A stretch of 64,000 bases of DNA from an uncultured Chloroflexia bacterium (GCA_963711405.1 CAVQDZ010000001.1:176722-240721); one strand, 5' to 3'. Positions 1 to 10,120 are shown, counted from the first letter of the stretch. A program made the numbers and translations. Notes: generated by a model from the letters alone, not told the origin.

Positions 1-947
1 TCGAGCTTCTCAAGCTCAGCGGCGCTCATCGAGTTGGCGGCCGTGGCGAGCTCGAATTGTCCGCGCGCGTCGGCGATGCCCCACAGATCCCAGGTTTGAG
101 CGCCGCGTTCCTTGGCCCAGCGGATGGCGTGCCACTGCAGGAGATGCGCGGCGCGGTGCTCGAGACCCGTGGCGTTCGAGCCCGCGGCGAGGTACGTGCC
201 ATGGCGGCCGAAGGCCATGATCAGCGACGCCCCGATGGGCACGCCGTCAAGCTCCGCCACCTGGACGCGGGCGTTGTCGCCGAAATCGTGGAGCAGCTGG
301 CGGTAGTAGCCCGCGCTGTGAAAGCCAAAGCTCTTGCGCGTATTGGTCGCGACGAGCATCTGGTACAGCACATCCGCGTCCGCCGGCGCGCCGACTCGTA
401 TCTGGACTCCGTCACGCTCGGCGCGCCGTATGTCGGCCCGGTGGCCCTTGGAGAACGCAGCCATCAGCTGGTCTTCAGTGGGCGTTAGGTCGAGCCGGAT
501 CGACGACCGTGGCTGGAGTGTCCGATCGGATGTCTTGAATCCCAGGCGGAGCAGGCTGGCGCGCAGGGAGTCGGCCGCTGGATCGTCCTCGAGCACGTCT
601 GGCTCAAAGCGCAGGAACGCCGCTCGGTGCGCCTTGGCGAGCTTGACGGCGGCTGCGATGACGTTGTCGTCCGTCGCCGGCGTGCCCGAAAGAATTGGAC
701 CGCGCGGAACGTAGGCGACGGCCAGGCCGCGATAGGGCCGGATCAGGACCTGGGCCGCGGCAGCGCCGGCGGTGGTCGCGAGGCGTGTCGGTTGCCAGCC
801 GTAATGCGACTTGAGCTCGCCCCACGCCCAGGATTGAAAAGGCTGGCCGCCGTGATTGGCGACCAGCTCATCCCAGGCTGCGGGCTGTGTGTTATTCGTG
901 ACGGCGGCGGCCGAAGCGGTGCTCGTTTCGTCCGTGGTGTCCGCCAT
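1..947 (-). CDS. FemAB-family peptidoglycan interpeptide-bridge aminoacyl/glycyl transferase (partial; C-terminus beyond window start)
   Basis: Manual reverse-strand translation from ATG at 945-947 is stop-free to position 1. It reads MADTTDETS...WDELVANHGGQPFQSWAWGELKSHYGWQP...LRLGFKTSDRTLQPRSSIRLDL...GFHSAGYYRQL. The ORF track does not list it because it runs off the window edge. FemAB / Lipid II:glycine glycyltransferase-like fold. Confidence 0.7.
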   Translation of the reverse strand, partial: MADTTDETSTASAAAVTNNTQPAAWDELVANHGGQPFQSWAWGELKSHYGWQPTRLATTAGAAAAQVLIRPYRGLAVAYVPRGPILSGTPATDDNVIAAAVKLAKAHRAAFLRFEPDVLEDDPAADSLRASLLRLGFKTSDRTLQPRSSIRLDLTPTEDQLMAAFSKGHRADIRRAERDGVQIRVGAPADADVLYQMLVATNTRKSFGFHSAGYYRQLLHDFGDNARVQVAELDGVPIGASLIMAFGRHGTYLAAGSNATGLEHRAAHLLQWHAIRWAKERGAQTWDLWGIADARGQFELATAANSMSAAELEKL

Positions 948-970
948 CACGCCCGATTGTGACCGGGCGA

Positions 971-1159
971 TCAGTGCAGCGTTCGCCGCGCTCCGCAAAC
1001 GGGGCAGACCGCGTTGGTGCCGGACGGGTCCGGCTGGAGGAACGTCGTGCAGCCGTTGGTGGTGCAGAACAGTCTGCTGCTGACCGAGGAACGGCGGATT
1101 CGACGCCGGGCAGATGCCTGCCCGAAATTGCTATGGCTGTAATTGGAACGGGGTTGCAT
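971..1159 (-). CDS. small putative zinc-ribbon protein (hypothetical)
   Basis: 62-aa ORF ending 24 bp upstream of the FemAB start on the same strand. The C-terminal half has high GC3 and a CxxxxC...CxxC pattern (FCTTNGCTTF...CPVCGA). The N-terminal half has poor codon bias, so the start is uncertain. Confidence 0.25.
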   Translation of the reverse strand: MQPRSNYSHSNFGQASARRRIRRSSVSSRLFCTTNGCTTFLQPDPSGTNAVCPVCGARRTLH

Positions 1160-1339
1160 TGAACTGAAACCTGAAACCTTCTGTGATGCCTGCCGAGCGT
1201 GAGTTATGGACGCCGGCGGCGAGTTCTATGGCGCTCCACGACGCTTTCTTCCTTACGTCGGAGCGATGACCCAATCGGGGCCGCGGGAGCGAGGTTTGAT
1301 GCTCAGACCTGCGGGGCTCTCCGGTTGTCGAATGACATT

Positions 1340-2095
1340 CTACCCGAATCGCGCGATTCGCCTCTCCGGTACGTATGGCACGTGTTTCCAGTCATTGGTA
1401 ATCGACGTGGATGACTGAGCGTCGTCAGATTCCGGGCGCCGGTGCCCCGTTCTCCACCCGGGGAGGTCGACCTCCATCGCGCCGGTGAGCCGAATGAGCG
1501 TGGCCGCGAGCGCAACGAACGCGATCCCTGCTAGCCAGCCGGCGAGGACGTCCGACGGGTAATGCACGCCGAGGGCGATCCTGGAGAGACCGATCAGGAA
1601 CGGAAGGAGCATGCCGAGGACAACGGCGACCCAGCGCGCCGCGACCGGGAGCCGGCTCCTCCAGACGACGACGGCCAGCAGCCCGTAGCTCACGGTGCTA
1701 TTGAGCGTGTGGCCCGACGGAAAGCTGTAGCCGGGGGCAGGGACAAGGTGCTCCCACGGTGGTCGCGGTCGAGCAACGTAGTCCTTCACAAGGTGCGTGA
1801 ACAGCGACGCGGCGATGAGCACCCCGGCGACGATCAGTGCCAGGCGAAGGCGGCGCGACATCGTGACGAGCAGCACGAAGGCGGTCCCGACGACGACGAG
1901 CAGCCCGCCGCCAAGGATCGTAATGAGCTGCCAGGCCCAGACCGGGACCGGGAGGCCGCGGAGCGTCGTCGCGAGCGGCTCGTCGAAGGCGAAGTTGCCG
2001 AGCCGGTTGACGTACGTGGCCACGACGAGGAACGCCAGGGCGGAGCCGAGGCCCACCCACGGCCACGGGTCGCGCCAGATCGAACGAAGTTCCAT
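1340..2095 (-). CDS. PAP2 family phosphatase (phosphatidic acid / undecaprenyl-pyrophosphate phosphatase-like) membrane protein
   Basis: 251 aa with multiple TM segments. PAP2 signature motifs SFPSGHT and ALGVHYPSDVLAG are present. Confidence 0.8.
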   Translation of the reverse strand: MELRSIWRDPWPWVGLGSALAFLVVATYVNRLGNFAFDEPLATTLRGLPVPVWAWQLITILGGGLLVVVGTAFVLLVTMSRRLRLALIVAGVLIAASLFTHLVKDYVARPRPPWEHLVPAPGYSFPSGHTLNSTVSYGLLAVVVWRSRLPVAARWVAVVLGMLLPFLIGLSRIALGVHYPSDVLAGWLAGIAFVALAATLIRLTGAMEVDLPGWRTGHRRPESDDAQSSTSITNDWKHVPYVPERRIARFG

Positions 2096-2119
2096 GGCGG
2101 CCGGCAGGCGCGGTTAGCG

Positions 2120-2692
2120 CTACTTCTCCCCGGCCGCGCGCATGGCGGCCTTCTTGGCACGCTTACCCGCCTGGTACTCGGCCAGCGAATCGGGTCCGTC
2201 GACGTCCCCCAAGGTTGGATGCGTGGGCGCTACGTCTTCCCAGCCGGGCGGTTTGACGCCCAGGCGCTTGCCGATGATCGCAATCAGCGTCTTGGCCTTC
2301 ATCTCGCCAATGCCGGGTAGTGCCAGCAGTCTCTGCTCGAGGTCCTTGCCGCTCTTCGCCTCGCGCCAGATGCGGCTGGCGTCGCCGTCGTAGTCGCGCG
2401 CCAGCGCAGCGGCAATCTCCTGGGTGCGATGAGCCATGTTGGCCGGAAAGCGATGCAGCGCCGGCCGTTCGCGAAAGACCTCTTCGAGCTTCGCCGGATC
2501 CATCGCCGCGATCTTGGCCGGATCGAGCGTGCCGACGCGCTTGCGCAGCTCGTACGGACCGGAGAACGCCTTCTGGAGCGGTACCTGCTGGTCGAGCACG
2601 AAGCCGTACAGCAGCGCGTTGGGGTCGTCGACGAGGAGCTGGTCGGCCTCGTCGTTGCCCGTGAACGGCAGCAGCGGTTGCGTCTTTGCCAT
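2120..2692 (-). CDS. HhH-GPD family base-excision DNA repair protein
   Basis: 190 aa beginning MAKTQPLLPFTGNDEADQLLVDDPNALLYGFVLDQQV. Contains LALPGIGEMKAKTLIAIIG, a helix-hairpin-helix Gly/Pro-rich loop. Confidence 0.55.
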   Translation of the reverse strand: MAKTQPLLPFTGNDEADQLLVDDPNALLYGFVLDQQVPLQKAFSGPYELRKRVGTLDPAKIAAMDPAKLEEVFRERPALHRFPANMAHRTQEIAAALARDYDGDASRIWREAKSGKDLEQRLLALPGIGEMKAKTLIAIIGKRLGVKPPGWEDVAPTHPTLGDVDGPDSLAEYQAGKRAKKAAMRAAGEK

Positions 2693-2749
2693 GGACTCGA
2701 TCTTAGACTGGCACGACCAAGCAATCGAGAGAGGGAACCAATCTTGGCC

Positions 2750-3140
2750 ATGGATGACAGCTCGATCCGCGCCGTGGCGGACTCGTACACCCGCGCGTGG
2801 AACAGCGGATCAGCTGAGGCCGTGGCGTCGTTCTACGCGCCGGACGGCGTGATCGTCATCAACCGTGGCGAACCGTGGGTGGGGCGCGACTGGAGTTGCG
2901 GCGATGGCGGCCGGTTTCTTCGCGGATGTGCCGGACCTGACACTGGCCTGCGACGGCATTCGCGTCGCCGGCACCCACGTCGCTTACCTATGGACTTTCA
3001 CCGGCCACCATGCGGCGTCCGGTAACGCGCTCAGCGTAAGTGGCTGGGAAGAGTGGGATCTAGACGGCGACCTGAAGGTGAAATTGTCGCTGGGCTGGTT
3101 CGACGCAGCCGACTATGCCCGCCAATCCGGGGCCGCCTGA
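2750..3140 (+). CDS. SnoaL-like / NTF2-like domain protein (ester cyclase-like), interrupted by a +1 frameshift near 2885
   Basis: ATG at 2750 gives MDDSSIRAVADSYTRAWNSGSAEAVASFYAPDGVIVINRGEPWVGR. The reading continues in the frame of ORF 2865..3140 as ...FADVPDLTLACDGIRVAGTHVAYLWTFTGHH... Confidence 0.55.
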
Positions 3141-3162
3141 GCGTTCGCGTCGTCGACTGACG

Positions 3163-3744
3163 CTAAACGCGGGCGAGGAACTCGAGGACGCGCGTCATGA
3201 GCAGCGCCGAGGCGTCCGGATCGTAGGAGGGCAGAGAGCTGTCGGCGAAGTAGTGCTGGTCGCCCGGGTACACGAACAGCTCCGCGTCGTCGACCTTCGC
3301 CACAATCTCACGAGCCGCGTCGATGTCGCCCTCGCCGGCGAAGTAAGGGTCGTGGTCGGCACCATGAATCTGGACAGGGACTCCGTCCGGCCATGGCCCG
3401 AACGCCCACTCTCCGCTGATCGGGACGCACGAATAGAACAGGAGCGCGCCGCGCGCACCCGGCCGCGTCTGGGCCAGCTGCTGGGCGATCGTCTCGCCGA
3501 ACGAGAAGCCTGCATAGACGAGCCCGGCCGGCAGTTCATCGGCGGTGCGGACGCCACGCTCTCGTAGGGCATCGAAGCCCTCCGACTCGATGAATGCCAT
3601 ACCGTCCGGGATTGAGCCGAACGTCCGACCGTCGAACAGATCCGGCACGTGGACGGTGTGGCCAGAGGCGCGAAGTTCGTCCGCGAAAGCGGTGATGCCC
3701 GGCGTGATGCCCTGGGCGTGGTGAAAGATCAGGACCTCAGCCAT
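3163..3744 (-). CDS. dienelactone hydrolase family protein
   Basis: C-terminal 194 aa of ORF 3163..4449, from the internal [42 protein letters not shown]... The alpha/beta hydrolase motif GFSFGE is present. Confidence 0.7.
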   Translation of the reverse strand: MAEVLIFHHAQGITPGITAFADELRASGHTVHVPDLFDGRTFGSIPDGMAFIESEGFDALRERGVRTADELPAGLVYAGFSFGETIAQQLAQTRPGARGALLFYSCVPISGEWAFGPWPDGVPVQIHGADHDPYFAGEGDIDAAREIVAKVDDAELFVYPGDQHYFADSSLPSYDPDASALLMTRVLEFLARV

Positions 3745-3767
3745 GGAACCCCCTGGGAATGGATTAC

Positions 3768-4449
3768 TCAGTCGGCGTATTGAAGCGGCGTGACCGCGAA
3801 GCCCTCCGGGAGCGTCACGCCCGTGGCGTGATTTGGGCAGTAGCCGTTGGGGTTCTTGTCGAGATACTGCTGGTGGTAGTCCTCGGCAAAGTAGAACGCC
3901 GGCGCCGGCGGTCCGGCGATCTCCGTCGCAATCGTGCCGTACCCGGCCGCAGACAGCCGTTCCTGGTACATCGCGCCTTGACTCTTCCGCGGCAGCCCGC
4001 TGTGCATCGTCGTGAACAAAGATCGCCGAGCGGTACTCGCTGCCAACGTCGTTGCCCTGACGCATGCTCTGGGTTGGGTCGTGGCTCTCCCAGAAGACCT
4101 TGAGCAGCTTTTCGTAGCTTGTCTTCGCAGGGTCAAACACGACACGCACGCTTTCGGCGTGGCCTGTCTGTCCGGTGCACGATTCCTGGTAGGTCGGATT
4201 CGGCGTGAAGCCCCCTTCGTAGCCAACGGCAGTCGTCCACACGCCGGGCTGCTCCCAGAAGGTCTTCTCCTCGCCCCAGAAGCATCCCAGCGCAAACTCG
4301 GCGATCTGGAACCCTTCGGGGTAAGGCCCGGCGATTGCGGTCCCGAGCACCCTATGCGGCTTGGGGTTTGGCAGGATTGGCTCGCTGCGGCCGGGCAGGG
4401 CTTTGGCGGGATCGGGCATCTTCGTCTTGTCGCTTTTGAACAGGAACAT
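3768..4449 (-). CDS. msrA: peptide-methionine (S)-S-oxide reductase MsrA, with a frameshift near 3975-3985
   Basis: N-terminus [27 protein letters not shown]...[11 protein letters not shown]...[12 protein letters not shown]...[27 protein letters not shown] lies in the frame of ORF 3163..4449. C-terminus ...[46 protein letters not shown] lies in the frame of ORF 3768..4295. Collinear with E. coli MsrA. Confidence 0.85.
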
Positions 4450-4542
4450 CGGGGGCCTCCGGGAAATCGTGGGTACGTACCAGTCTATGTACGCGCGCCA
4501 GCCCTGCTCGGATCAGCCCGGGCTGTCAGACTTGACCGTGCC

Positions 4543-5298
4543 GTGCAGTTGGGGGAGGGCGCCCTGCGCGCCCAATTTGGCATCCACTGGTTCGTGGCAC
4601 TGGCGATTGCGCTTGGCCTGATGGCCTACATCGCGCAACCTGCCGCTGCCGCGAAATCGACGCTGCCCGGAATCGACGTCTCGCACTACAACGGCGCAGG
4701 CCCGACTGGAGCCAGGTCCAGACAGACGGCGTCCGCTTCGTGATCGCCAAGGCGACCGAGGGCACGACCTTCCTCGACGACACATTACGCGGCCAACAAG
4801 CAGCAGGCCGAGGCGCTGGGCATGGCCTTCAGCGCGTACCACTTCGCCCGCCCGGACAAGACTGCAGGCGACGCGGTTGCCGAGGCCGACTGGTTCGTGG
4901 CCAACGCGCAGCTGACGGGCAAGAACATGGTGCCCGTGCTGGATCTCGAGGACAGTGGCGGCCTTGGTGCGACCAAGCTCAAGCAATGGGCCAAGGCGTG
5001 GCTCAACGAGGTTCAGGCGCGGCTCGGCGTCAAGGCCACGATCTACACGTCGCCTTCTTTCTGGCAGACGCACCTGGCCGATACGCGCTGGTTCGCCGAC
5101 AACGGCTACCGGCTGTGGGTCGCCCATTGGACGAGCAGCCGCGCAGCCGTCAGTGCCGGCGGCCAATTGGGGCGGCCACGGCTGGACGATGTGGCAGTAC
5201 GACAACTGCGGCGCGGTCGCGGCATCAAGGGTTGCGTCGACCTGGATCGCTTCAACGGCACGAGCCTCGCGCCGCTCAAGATCAAGAACAACCGGTGA
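4543..5298 (+). CDS. secreted GH25 family lysozyme (muramidase), with two frameshifts between about 4690 and 4800
   Basis: GTG at 4543 gives a signal peptide MQLGEGALRAQFGIHWFVALAIALGLMAYIAQPAAAA-KS. Then GIDVSHYNG (frame 1), IAKATEGTTFLDDT (frame 3) and ANKQQAEALGMAFSAYHFARP...WFVANA...VPVLDLE (frame 1, ORF 4822..5298). These are canonical GH25 motifs. Confidence 0.75.
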
Positions 5299-5333
5299 GC
5301 GGGTCGCCCGCGAGAGCTTCGCTCGCGGCTGAC

Positions 5334-5704
5334 CTAGTAGTCGTCAGGGCGCGGCGTTCCCCGCGGTGGATCGAAGAAGATCGCCACGCGCCGATCGGGC
5401 GCGCTCTGATCCGGCGCGCGCAGCGTGAAACCGCCGCCGAAGAGCGCGCGCAGGCCGCGGCGCAGGTCGTGCACGGTTCGATTGGTGAGGGCGATGTCGG
5501 CGACCTCCTGCGCACGCTCCGCGACGACCGTCGACGGCCAGAAGCGGGCATACACATGGATCGCCTCGAAGCCGTCCGCGTTCCAGGCGATGCGCACCGA
5601 TCCGTCACTTTCCACGCCCCAATTCTGACCGGGCCAGTACCAAAGGGCGCGTTGTCGCCTTTGCGCACCACCCCCGACGATGGTCGCCTGTCGTGAAGGG
5701 TCAT
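5334..5704 (-). CDS. hypothetical protein (uncertain; possible frameshift)
   Basis: High-GC3 minus-strand reading WYWPGQNWGVESDGSVRIAWNADGFEAIHVYARFWPSTVVAERAQEVADIALTNRTVHDLRRGL. The only in-frame ATG (5704) is in an adjacent frame, MMTLHDRR. It would sit back-to-back, 17 bp from the M14 gene start. Confidence 0.2.
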
Positions 5705-5720
5705 CACAGGAGCCGCTCGC

Positions 5721-7316
5721 TTGCCGTTTTATGCGCTCGTGCTTAGCGCATTCGTGTTCGGTGTGCCCGTCGCGCAGGCGCGCCATCAGACGACCGCGCC
5801 GGCCGGCTTCGAGTACTTCCACACCTACGCGCAGAACGAGCAGGTCATCGATGACGCGGTCGCCGCGCACCCGGCGATTGCCATGAAGTTCTCGATCGGC
5901 ACGAGCTACGAGGGCCGCCAAATCTGGGGCATCAAGATCAGCGACAACGTTGCCACCGATGAGAACGAGCCGGAGGTCTTCATCCACGGCCTGACTCACG
6001 CGCGCGAGCGAGCGTCGAACGAGATGGCGCTGGCCCTGATCGAGCGACTGACGGACGACTACGCGAGCGACTAGCCGGATCAAGGCGATCGTGGACAGCC
6101 GCGAGATCTGGATCGTGCCCAATGCTCAACCCGGACGGTGCCGAGTTCGACATGTCCGGCGGGCACTGGCACCAGTGGCGCAAGAACCGCCAGCCGATCC
6201 CGGGCTCAAGCTGAGATCGGCATCGACCTCAACCGCAACTGGGGCTATGCGTGGGGCCAGGGATCGGGCAAAGGAAGCGACGGCAGCGCGAATCCGGCCA
6301 GCGAGTACTACCGCGGCTGGGCGCCGGAGGTCGCGCCGGAGGTCCAGGCGTACGAGGCGTTCGAGGCCAGCCGCGTGGTCAACGGCCGCCAGCAGATCCG
6401 CGCCAGCATCGGCTTCCACACCGCCGCGCGCCAGGTGCTGTGGCCGTACTCATACACCAAGAAGGACATTCCACCGGACATGTCGGTCGACGACCACAGT
6501 GCGTTCGTCGCCCTTGGCCAGCGCGTCGCTTCGATCAACGGCTACAAGCCGCAGCAGGGCAGCGACCTGTACCCGGTCTACGGCGACCAGGATGACTGGG
6601 CCTACCACACGTACCGGATCTTCGGCTACACGATCGAGATGACCAAGGGCGCGGTCAACCGCTACTACCCCAGCCAGGCGGAGCTGGATACGGACATCGC
6701 CGACAACATCCCCGCTGTCCTGACCTTCCTCGAGTTCGCAGACTGCCCCTACCGAGCGGCGGGCCTCGACCAGGATTGTGGGCCGCTGTACGACGATTTC
6801 GAAACGGATCGCGGCTGGCAGGTCAACCCGAGCGCGACCGACACTGCCACGTCCGGCGCCTGGGAGCGGGCCGACCCGGCCAAGACCAGGACCGCGGCGG
6901 GAATCAAGCAGCGCGGCACGACCGTCAGTGGCTTGGCCGACCTGGTCACGGGCTCCGCGGCCGGCGCAGCGACCGGCGCGAACGATATCGACGGCGGCGT
7001 GACCAGCATCCGCTCACCACAGTTCACGCTTGGCGGCGCCAGCAGCACCGGCTGGACGATGTCCTTCAGCTACACGTTTGCCCACGACAAGACGGCCACT
7101 GCCGCCGACTATCTGCGCGTCTCGATCGGTGGCACAGCGGTGTTCACCCAAACCGGCGCCGCCGTCAACCGCAACGGCGTCTGGACGCCCGTCTCGATCA
7201 ATCTCGACGACTACGCCGGTCAGACCGTGCGCATCCTCATCCAGGCCGCTGACGGCGGCCCCGACTCGCTCGTCGAGGCCGCCGTCGACGACGTCCGCGT
7301 CTATCAGCAGCCGTGA
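5721..7316 (+). CDS. M14 family zinc carboxypeptidase (carboxypeptidase T-like) with C-terminal beta-sandwich domain; paralogue 1, disrupted by three frameshifts between 6068 and 6212
   Basis: TTG start 5721 with RBS aggag. Signal peptide [29 protein letters not shown] matches the HxxE zinc site. [11 protein letters not shown](frame 1) / [24 protein letters not shown] (frame 2) / [11 protein letters not shown]... (frame 3, ORF 6138..7316). The C-terminal domain is collinear with paralogue 3. Confidence 0.7.
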
Positions 7317-7344
7317 CCGTGTCCCGCACCAGGAGATCCGCTCG

Positions 7345-8462
7345 ATGACATCGCTCGCCAGACTCGCCGTTCGACTTGCCCTGCCGCTCGCCGCCGCAGC
7401 AGCGCTGTTAGGTTCGGCCGTTCCGACCGTGAGCGCGACAGACGTTGCCGACTTCCCCGCCGGCTACACGGGCTACCACACCTACGCCGAGATGACCGCG
7501 GACCTGCAGGGCGTGGCGGCTGCGTACGGGAAGGGTGCGACGAACCGGATCGCCAGGCTGTCGAGCATCGGCAACAGCTTCGAGGGCCGGCCGATCTGGG
7601 CGATCAAGATCAGCGACCACCCCAATCGCGACGAGGCTGAGCCTGAGGTCCTCGTCGAGTGCAACATGCACGCCCGCGAGCACCTCACCGCCGAGCAGTG
7701 CCTGTACCTGGTCCATCTGCTGACCGACAACTACGGGCAGCCGACGCCGCTCGGCCAGCGCGTGACCACGATCGTCAACACGCGCGAGATCTGGATCATC
7801 CCGATGCTCAACCCGGATGGCGCCATGTACGACGTCAGTACGGGCGCTTTCACCGGCTGGCGCAAGAACCGCCAGACAAACCCCGGCTCGGACAAGGTCG
7901 GCATCGACCTGAACCGGAACTGGAGCTACCAGTGGGCGTGCTGCGGCGGATCGAGCAGCAAGCCGAGCTCCGCGCGCTACCGCGGTCAGTACCCGTTCCA
8001 GGCCACGGAGGATCAGGTCCTGCGCGACTTCATCACCAGCCGCCGGGTCGGTGGCGTGCAGCAGATCAAGGAAGTGCTCAACGTCCACAGCTATGGCGAG
8101 CACGTGCTCTACCCGTACGGCTACACCAAGGCAACCACAGACGCGCAGATGACCACTGACGACCACAGGCATTCGTCGCGATGGCCAGACAGATGGCCTC
8201 GCTCAATGGCTACCACGCCATGCAGGGCAGCCAGATGTACGTCTACGACGGTGACTTCATCGACTGGGCGTGGGGCGACCAGCACATCTTCGCCTTCACC
8301 TTTGAGCTCTATCCCAAGTGGGGCTGCGGCTGCGGTGGCTTCCATCCGCCGGACTCGGTCATCGCCCAGCAGACGAGCCGCAACACTGAAGCCGCGCTGT
8401 ATCTCTTCGAGCAGGCGGACTGCCCGTACCGCCAGGCTGGCCTGGCCGCGAACTGCTCCTGA
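7345..8462 (+). CDS. M14 family zinc carboxypeptidase, paralogue 2; lacks the C-terminal domain and has a frameshift near 8170
   Basis: ATG 7345 with RBS aggaga. Signal peptide MTSLARLAVRLALPLAAAAALLGSAVPTVSA. HAREHLT, NPDGAMYD and GIDLNRNW are present. The sequence continues in the frame of ORF 8181..8462 (AFVAMARQMASLNGYHAMQGSQMYVYDGDFIDWAWGD...CPYRQAGLAANCS*). Confidence 0.75.
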
Positions 8463-8464
8463 AC

Positions 8465-10120
8465 GTGCTCGGCCTGCGGCGCAGGCATATCGGGCGTGGA
8501 CCTTCCGTCGTCGGCTCGCTGCTGGTTGCCCTGACCGCCCTGCTGTCGATCGCCGGCACGCCCGCTCTGGCCGTTCGCACGACCGACTTCCCGTCCGGCT
8601 ACCAGGGCTACCACGACTACGCCGAGATGATGGACGACATCGACTCGGTCATCGCCGCCCATCCCAACATCGTCGCCAAGCAATCCATCGGACAGAGCTA
8701 CGAAGGGCGCACGATCTGGGCGATCAAGATCAGCGACCACGTGGCCACCGACGAGGATGAGCCCGAGGTGCTCATGGAGAGCCTGCACCACGCCCGGGAG
8801 CACCTCACGGTCGAGCAATCGCTCGAGATCATTCACCTGCTCGCCGACAACTACAACCTGGCGACGACGCTCGGACAGCGTGTGACGGACATCGTCAACT
8901 CGCGCGAGATCTGGGTCGTGCCCATGGTCAACCCGGACGGAGCCGAGTACGACATCAGCGGCGGCCAGTTTCAGAACTGGCGCCGCAACCGTGAGCCGAT
9001 CCCGGGCAGCTCGTCGATCGGCGTCGACCTCAATCGCAACTGGGGCTACATGTGGGGCTGCTGTCACGGCTCGAGTGGCACGCCCGGCACGACAACCTAT
9101 CGCGGCCCAAGCCCGTGGTTCGCGCCGGAGGTTGTCGCGCTGCGCGACTTCGTCCTCAGCCGGCGCGTCAACGGCCGGCAACAGATCACTGAGGCGATCT
9201 CGTGGCACACGTTCAATGAGCAGGTCATGTGGCCGTACGGCTACACCACGACCGATGTACCGCGGACGATGACCGCGGACGACCACGCGGCGTTCGTCGC
9301 GTTGGGCACGGGCATGGCCAACCGCAACGGCTACATCCCACAGCAGATGAGCGACCTGTACATCCTCGATGGTGCCGCGAGCGACTGGCTGTACGGCGAC
9401 CAGCGCATCTTCGCCTTCACGATCGAGATGTATCCGACTGATAAGTCGGGCGTGGGTGGCTTCTATCCGCCCGACTCGATCATCGCGCGCGAGACCACGC
9501 GCAACGATGACGCGGTGCTCTACTTCCTCGAGCACGCCGATTGTCCGTACAGCACCGTACCGGCGCTGGCGGTTACCCACTGCGGGCCACTCAACGATGA
9601 CTTCGAGACCGGCCGCGGCTGGACGATCAATGCCAACCACACGGACACGGCCACCTCGGGCGTGTTCGTGCGCGGCATCCCACAGAAAACGAGCAACTCC
9701 GCTGGCGTGAAGCAGACCAAGCTTGCTTTCAGCGGCCAGGCCGAGCTCGTGACCGGGGCCTCAGCCGGTGCGAACGTGAATGCCAATGACGTCGATGGCG
9801 GCACGACCTCTGCCCAGTCGCCCGCGTTCAAGCTGGGCGGCTCGGGCTCAACGGGCTGGACACTCGATCTCGAGTACGCCTTCGCCCACAACGCGAAGGC
9901 CACTGCCGCCGACTACCTGCGCGTCGTGGTCGACGGCACGGAGGTCTTCCGCGTCGCGGGCAACGGGCAGAATCAGAACGCAGTCTGGACGCATGCCCAG
10001 GTCAATCTGGACGCCTTTGCCGGACAGACCGTGCGTATCACGCTCGAGGCGGCCGATGCCGGCACGGATGGAGTGGTCGAGGCGGCCGTCGACGACGTGA
10101 GGGTCTACCAGGCGCCCTAG
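8465..10120 (+). CDS. M14 family zinc carboxypeptidase with C-terminal beta-sandwich domain; paralogue 3, intact
   Basis: 551-aa intact ORF with GTG start. Signal peptide, HAREHLT, NPDGAEYD, GVDLNRNW, then C-terminal domain ...TDTATSG...[30 protein letters not shown]...[14 protein letters not shown]. Confidence 0.85.
   Translation: MLGLRRRHIGRGPSVVGSLLVALTALLSIAGTPALAVRTTDFPSGYQGYHDYAEMMDDIDSVIAAHPNIVAKQSIGQSYEGRTIWAIKISDHVATDEDEPEVLMESLHHAREHLTVEQSLEIIHLLADNYNLATTLGQRVTDIVNSREIWVVPMVNPDGAEYDISGGQFQNWRRNREPIPGSSSIGVDLNRNWGYMWGCCHGSSGTPGTTTYRGPSPWFAPEVVALRDFVLSRRVNGRQQITEAISWHTFNEQVMWPYGYTTTDVPRTMTADDHAAFVALGTGMANRNGYIPQQMSDLYILDGAASDWLYGDQRIFAFTIEMYPTDKSGVGGFYPPDSIIARETTRNDDAVLYFLEHADCPYSTVPALAVTHCGPLNDDFETGRGWTINANHTDTATSGVFVRGIPQKTSNSAGVKQTKLAFSGQAELVTGASAGANVNANDVDGGTTSAQSPAFKLGGSGSTGWTLDLEYAFAHNAKATAADYLRVVVDGTEVFRVAGNGQNQNAVWTHAQVNLDAFAGQTVRITLEAADAGTDGVVEAAVDDVRVYQAP

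Noticed and set aside
57-488. Plus-strand ORF 57-488 and neighbours 334-714, 627-962
   Set aside because: They overlap the stop-free minus-strand FemAB reading, which has recognisable conserved segments.
1100-1125. Hairpin GGGCAG-atgc-CTGCCC as a terminator
   Set aside because: No U-tract on either strand. It lies inside the candidate Zn-ribbon ORF.
1562-2320. Long plus-strand ORF (252 aa, Asp/Arg/Glu-rich) and many similar long ORFs: 8309-9640 (-), 13258-14166 (+), 15624-16649 (+), 18220-19596 (+), 27718-29193 (+), 38231-39370 (-), 41719-42759 (+), 44174-44728 (-), 57181-58038 (+)
   Set aside because: All lie antisense to, or out of frame with, genes that have clear family motifs. Their composition is Arg/Ala/Gly/Pro-rich, typical of shadow ORFs in 70% GC DNA. 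Their GC3 is lower than that of the sense frame.
4012-4543. N-terminal 180 aa of ORF 4012-4743
   Set aside because: It overlaps msrA on the opposite strand. The real GH25 gene starts at the signal peptide near 4543.
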